From NCBI GenBank assembly GCA_016718135.1, contig JADKEF010000002.1, positions 3,536 through 67,535 on the forward strand: a stretch of DNA of 64,000 bases, in the 5' to 3' direction. Within the stretch, counting starts at the first letter, position 1; every line of letters begins with the position of its first letter. A program made the translations under genes and the position numbers. This DNA is from Acidobacteriota bacterium (GTDB taxonomy: Bacteria; Acidobacteriota; Blastocatellia; Pyrinomonadales; Pyrinomonadaceae). The notes beneath the pieces are model-generated. The model was not told the origin of the DNA, made no database searches, and saw only the letters and a list, made by a program, of their open reading frames with translations. This document shows positions 61,201-64,000 of this stretch, piece by piece.

Positions 61201-62418
61201 GCTGTTAGCGATACCGCCGCCTTGGCCGGCGCTGATGTTTGTAGAGTTTCCGGAGATTGTCGAGTTGGTGACATTCAACGTGCCAGTGTTGCCAATGCCG
61301 CCGCCGGAGTCGCGTGCAAAGTTGCCGGAGATCGTCGAGTTCGTGATCGTGACCGTGCCGTTGCTCGCATTATAGATACCGCCGCCTACTCCGCCGCCGC
61401 TTCCGTTTGTAGAGTTGGCGGAGATGGTCGAGTCACTAATTGTCAGCGTACCTTCGTTAAAGATACCGGCGCCGAAGCCGTCGTTTGCGACTTGCGGCGC
61501 ATCTCCCGAGATAATTGGGGCAGATAAACGGCCATCCGTTCCCGTGCCGCCTTCGATTTGCGGCCTGGGTGGATTGGAGATAATTGGGGCAGATAAACGG
61601 CCATGCCGGACCGTGAGGCCGCTGATCGACGCGGTCACGCCGCTGTTGACGTAAAACACGCGGTCCCCCGCCGCATTTGGCGCGGCATTTGCCTGAACGA
61701 TCGTCGTCGGTGCCCCTGCACCTGTTATGGTCAGATTCTTATCTACGGTGATGCCCCATTGCGTATAGGTCCCCGCCGCGATGCTGATCGTTTCGCCCGT
61801 AGCCGCCTGCCCGATGGCATACGCGATTGTCGCACAAGCCGCCGAAACGCAGTTCCCCGTGTCCGATCCGGTTGTCGCAACAACAAGGCGGGTTATGGTA
61901 TTCGAGCTGAAGTCATCCGAGAAAACAGTCGCAATGGCCAGCGGTGCCTCCCCCGACGGTGTCGGCATCGGTTCCGCGACGACATTCACCGTTGCACCGC
62001 CGCCGAACCAGCTCGCTACTGATTCCACAAACCCAAAGCGCACTCCGGCGGCTCCGGCGGAGGTTGCCGTAATCGCGATGCCGGTGATTGCGGTTAGGAT
62101 GACGAGCGCTAGGACAGACGAATAGCGAGACGAACGACGGGGGGACATGCGCATAAAATTATTGCTCTCCGCTTGAAGCGATAACGGAAGGCAGTAAAGT
62201 ATTCGGTCGTGGAATGTATCGTCTCAGTAAACGCTGACACGACGCCCCGGCTTTACACCGTTAAATTGTTGCAAAATCTAGATTTCCTGTAATTATAGGC
62301 ACATAACAGGCAAAGTCAAGCTAAAAATTGGAAGGCATGGACGTGAGCTACAGCCGTGTATTTGCGGCGCGAACTCGCTCACTTTCAAGAATATTTGGCG
62401 GGAATTCGGGTGGAAATT

Positions 62419-62445
62419 AAAAAAGGGGCATTCCAGGATGCCCCT
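62419..62445 (-). terminator. rho-independent terminator downstream of tRNA-Val
   Basis: 8-bp stem AGGGGCAT/ATGCCCCT followed on the minus strand by T6. Confidence 0.65.
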
Positions 62446-62461
62446 AACTGATTGAAAAAAA

Positions 62462-62536
62462 TGGTGCCGTCTACAAGATTTGAACTTGTGACCTATCGCG
62501 TGTGAAGCGAGTGCTCTACCACTGAGCTAAGACGGC
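62462..62536 (-). tRNA. tRNA-Val (anticodon CAC), CCA encoded
   Basis: Hand-folded cloverleaf: 7-bp acceptor GCCGTCT/AGACGGC, D arm GCTC/GAGC, anticodon loop TTCACAC, T arm ACAAG-TTCAAAT-CTTGT, discriminator A + CCA. 75 nt. Confidence 0.9.
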
Positions 62537-62542
62537 GGAATG

Positions 62543-62636
62543 CAGTGAACAGTGAATAGTGAATAGTGAATAGTGAATAGGATTAGAATAAAACTCTTGA
62601 TCTCACTGTTCACTATTCCCTGTTCACTGTTCCTCA
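62543..62636. repeat. heptamer-armed hairpin ((AGTGAAT)n / (ATTCACT)-type) between the pilin gene and tRNA-Val
   Basis: agtgaac agtgaat agtgaat agtgaat agtgaat ..loop.. ctcactgttcactattccctgttcactgttcc. Confidence 0.8.
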
Positions 62637-63125
62637 CTAGATCGACGGATCGTCGGCCTTGGCCGGGCGGTTTTCATCAGTTCCCTTGATCGTGCTCAAC
62701 GAGGAATCTGTGTAGAAATGCCGCGTTCCCGAAGCGGTTACGCCTTCCGCACTTACAGGATCCGCGCTCACTGAATAGAATGCCGGCTTACTTCCCGATG
62801 AAGGCTCGACCGTCATTTTGAATGTATAACCATTCTTGACCGGAGCCTCGCCGCGAAAGCCTTCATCGAGTCCCATCTTGGTGACGAGATCTTCAAATGT
62901 GGCAAAATTTCCCTTATTTCGCCCGGCGTACTGTGCCTGATAGGTGCGAAGCTGGTTCAGGGTCTGGGCGGCGGTCGTCTCGTTGCCGCTGCGGATGACG
63001 GCCTGCCATGCGAGGCTGCCGACGCCGATCAGCAGGCCGATGATGGCGATAACGATCATCAGCTCGATGAGGTTAAAGCCGCGTTGGTCTTTCAGTCTAT
63101 TTCTCAAATTGCTCATAAATCTCAA
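62637..63125 (-). CDS. type IV pilin-like protein (prepilin-type N-terminal cleavage/methylation domain)
   Basis: KDQRG|FNLIELMIVIAIIGLLIGVG prepilin signal, with a C-terminal domain of about 130 aa. Confidence 0.8.
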   Translation of the reverse strand: MRFMSNLRNRLKDQRGFNLIELMIVIAIIGLLIGVGSLAWQAVIRSGNETTAAQTLNQLRTYQAQYAGRNKGNFATFEDLVTKMGLDEGFRGEAPVKNGYTFKMTVEPSSGSKPAFYSVSADPVSAEGVTASGTRHFYTDSSLSTIKGTDENRPAKADDPSI

Positions 63126-63245
63126 TTCACGCTCCGCACATCATCACGAAAACGCTAGTGTTTAGTTTCAAAAGTTTAGATTGTTTCAGGCGGAAATTCA
63201 ATCCGACAGTCTGGGCGGCGTCCGATGGTGGAACAAGGAATAGAA

Positions 63246-63335
63246 CACGGATCAAACGGATGGAACGGATTTACACGGATTCGTTTGATCAGATCTGTGC
63301 CGATCCGTTCGATCCGCCTGATCCGCGTTCTGTAT
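63246..63335. repeat. GGAT/ATCC-rich nested inverted repeats
   Basis: GATCAAACG..CGTTTGATC (9 bp) and GGATGGAACGGAT / ATCCGTTCGATCC arms, with repeated GATCCG units. Confidence 0.6.
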
Positions 63336-63462
63336 CCTTCCAGCCAACGAAAGCTCTGATCTCTCAAATGCGTGGTTCTGACTTTTGCAACTTTTTGATG
63401 CCCTGCGAGTTTCTAATCGGGTAGAATATTGTTCAGCGGGCATATCGCCGCAGAATTACCAG

Positions 63463-64000
63463 ATGAGAGATTGGATAGTCAGCGAGACACAAACGGCGGG
63501 CGGCGGGGCGGTTGCGGGCTTTGATCCCGCGGCGAAGGTCGCCGAACTGCAGGCAGCGATCGAAGGCGTGATCCGTGGTAAATCCGAGACGGTCAAGTTC
63601 GCTCTGATCGCGTTGCTCGCACGCGGACACCTGCTGATCGAGGACGTTCCGGGGATCGGCAAGACGACGCTGGCAAATGCTCTTGCTCGTGCCCTAGAGC
63701 TGTCATTCCAACGTATCCAATTCACTTCAGATCTATTGCCGTCCGATGTACTTGGCTTGTCGATATTCAATCAGAAGACAGGTGAATTCGAATGGAAATC
63801 GGGCCCAATATTCTCCAATATCGTGCTCGCTGATGAAATTAACCGGGCCACGCCGAAGACGCAGTCTGCCTTACTAGAAGCAATGGCAGAGGAACAGGTT
63901 ACGGTCGAGGGACGCTCGATGCGTCTTCCCACGCCGTTTATCGTCATCGCCACGCAGAATCCGTCTGAGCATCACGGCACATATCCGCTGCCGGAATCGC
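63463..64000 (+). CDS. MoxR-family AAA+ ATPase, 3'-truncated by the window edge
   Basis: Hand-translated from the ATG at 63463: ..[76 protein letters not shown]. This ORF is not in the supplied ORF track because it runs off the end of the window. Confidence 0.9.
   Translation, partial: MRDWIVSETQTAGGGAVAGFDPAAKVAELQAAIEGVIRGKSETVKFALIALLARGHLLIEDVPGIGKTTLANALARALELSFQRIQFTSDLLPSDVLGLSIFNQKTGEFEWKSGPIFSNIVLADEINRATPKTQSALLEAMAEEQVTVEGRSMRLPTPFIVIATQNPSEHHGTYPLPES

Larger units (their letters stand above)
50239..62154 (-). pseudogene. giant multi-domain surface/adhesin-like protein (about 3,970 codons) with two apparent 1-nt indels near the 3' end
   Basis: ORF 51388..62154 (3588 aa) is followed by ORFs 50597..51715 and 50239..50634, which continue the domain series in shifted frames. 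The last roughly 90 aa of the big ORF are Arg-rich out-of-frame sequence. The domain order is given in the first finding. Confidence 0.85.

Noticed and set aside
31421-62636. Heptamer arrays considered as CRISPR arrays
   Set aside because: The units are 7-9 nt and directly abutting with no spacers, arranged as inverted arms. No cas genes are in the window.

Overview
This is a 64-kb chromosomal segment of about 55% GC from a diderm bacterium. The protein sequences suggest Acidobacteriota, but that is an untested impression. About 50 genes are supported.

Housekeeping genes: priA, lpxD, msrB, ada, mutS2, cinA, a family-4 uracil-DNA glycosylase, coaBC, rplM-rpsI, rpsB-tsf-pyrH-frr, an aminotransferase, ndh, thiF, aroD/E, and one tRNA-Val(CAC).

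Secreted hydrolases: a D-aminoacylase, three tandem amidohydrolases, an M19 dipeptidase and a BNR/sortilin-like protein.

Most notable observations:
1. A roughly 11.9-kb gene for a giant multi-domain surface protein ends in cohesin-like, dockerin-like and cohesin-like modules. It lies next to an orphan pilin gene. A separate secretin / cohesin-like / two-pseudopilin / PilM-like cluster 30 kb away has no ATPase. I propose the two loci are linked by cohesin-dockerin docking.
2. A carotenoid cluster (crtB, crtI, a UbiA-type elongase-like prenyltransferase, and a CruF::Idi fusion) suggests a C45/C50 carotenoid. A 142-nt long-armed inverted repeat fills its divergent promoter.
3. A family of intergenic hairpins has arms built from tandem heptamers. 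One related repeat sits in frame inside coaBC.
4. A 620-bp ORF-free region contains a 109-nt highly structured element. Its first 28 nt recur at the lpxD stop codon.
5. At least nine reading-frame disruptions occur in conserved genes, several at short mononucleotide runs. These are more likely sequence errors than real pseudogenes.

No CRISPR array, transposase, integrase or prophage was seen.
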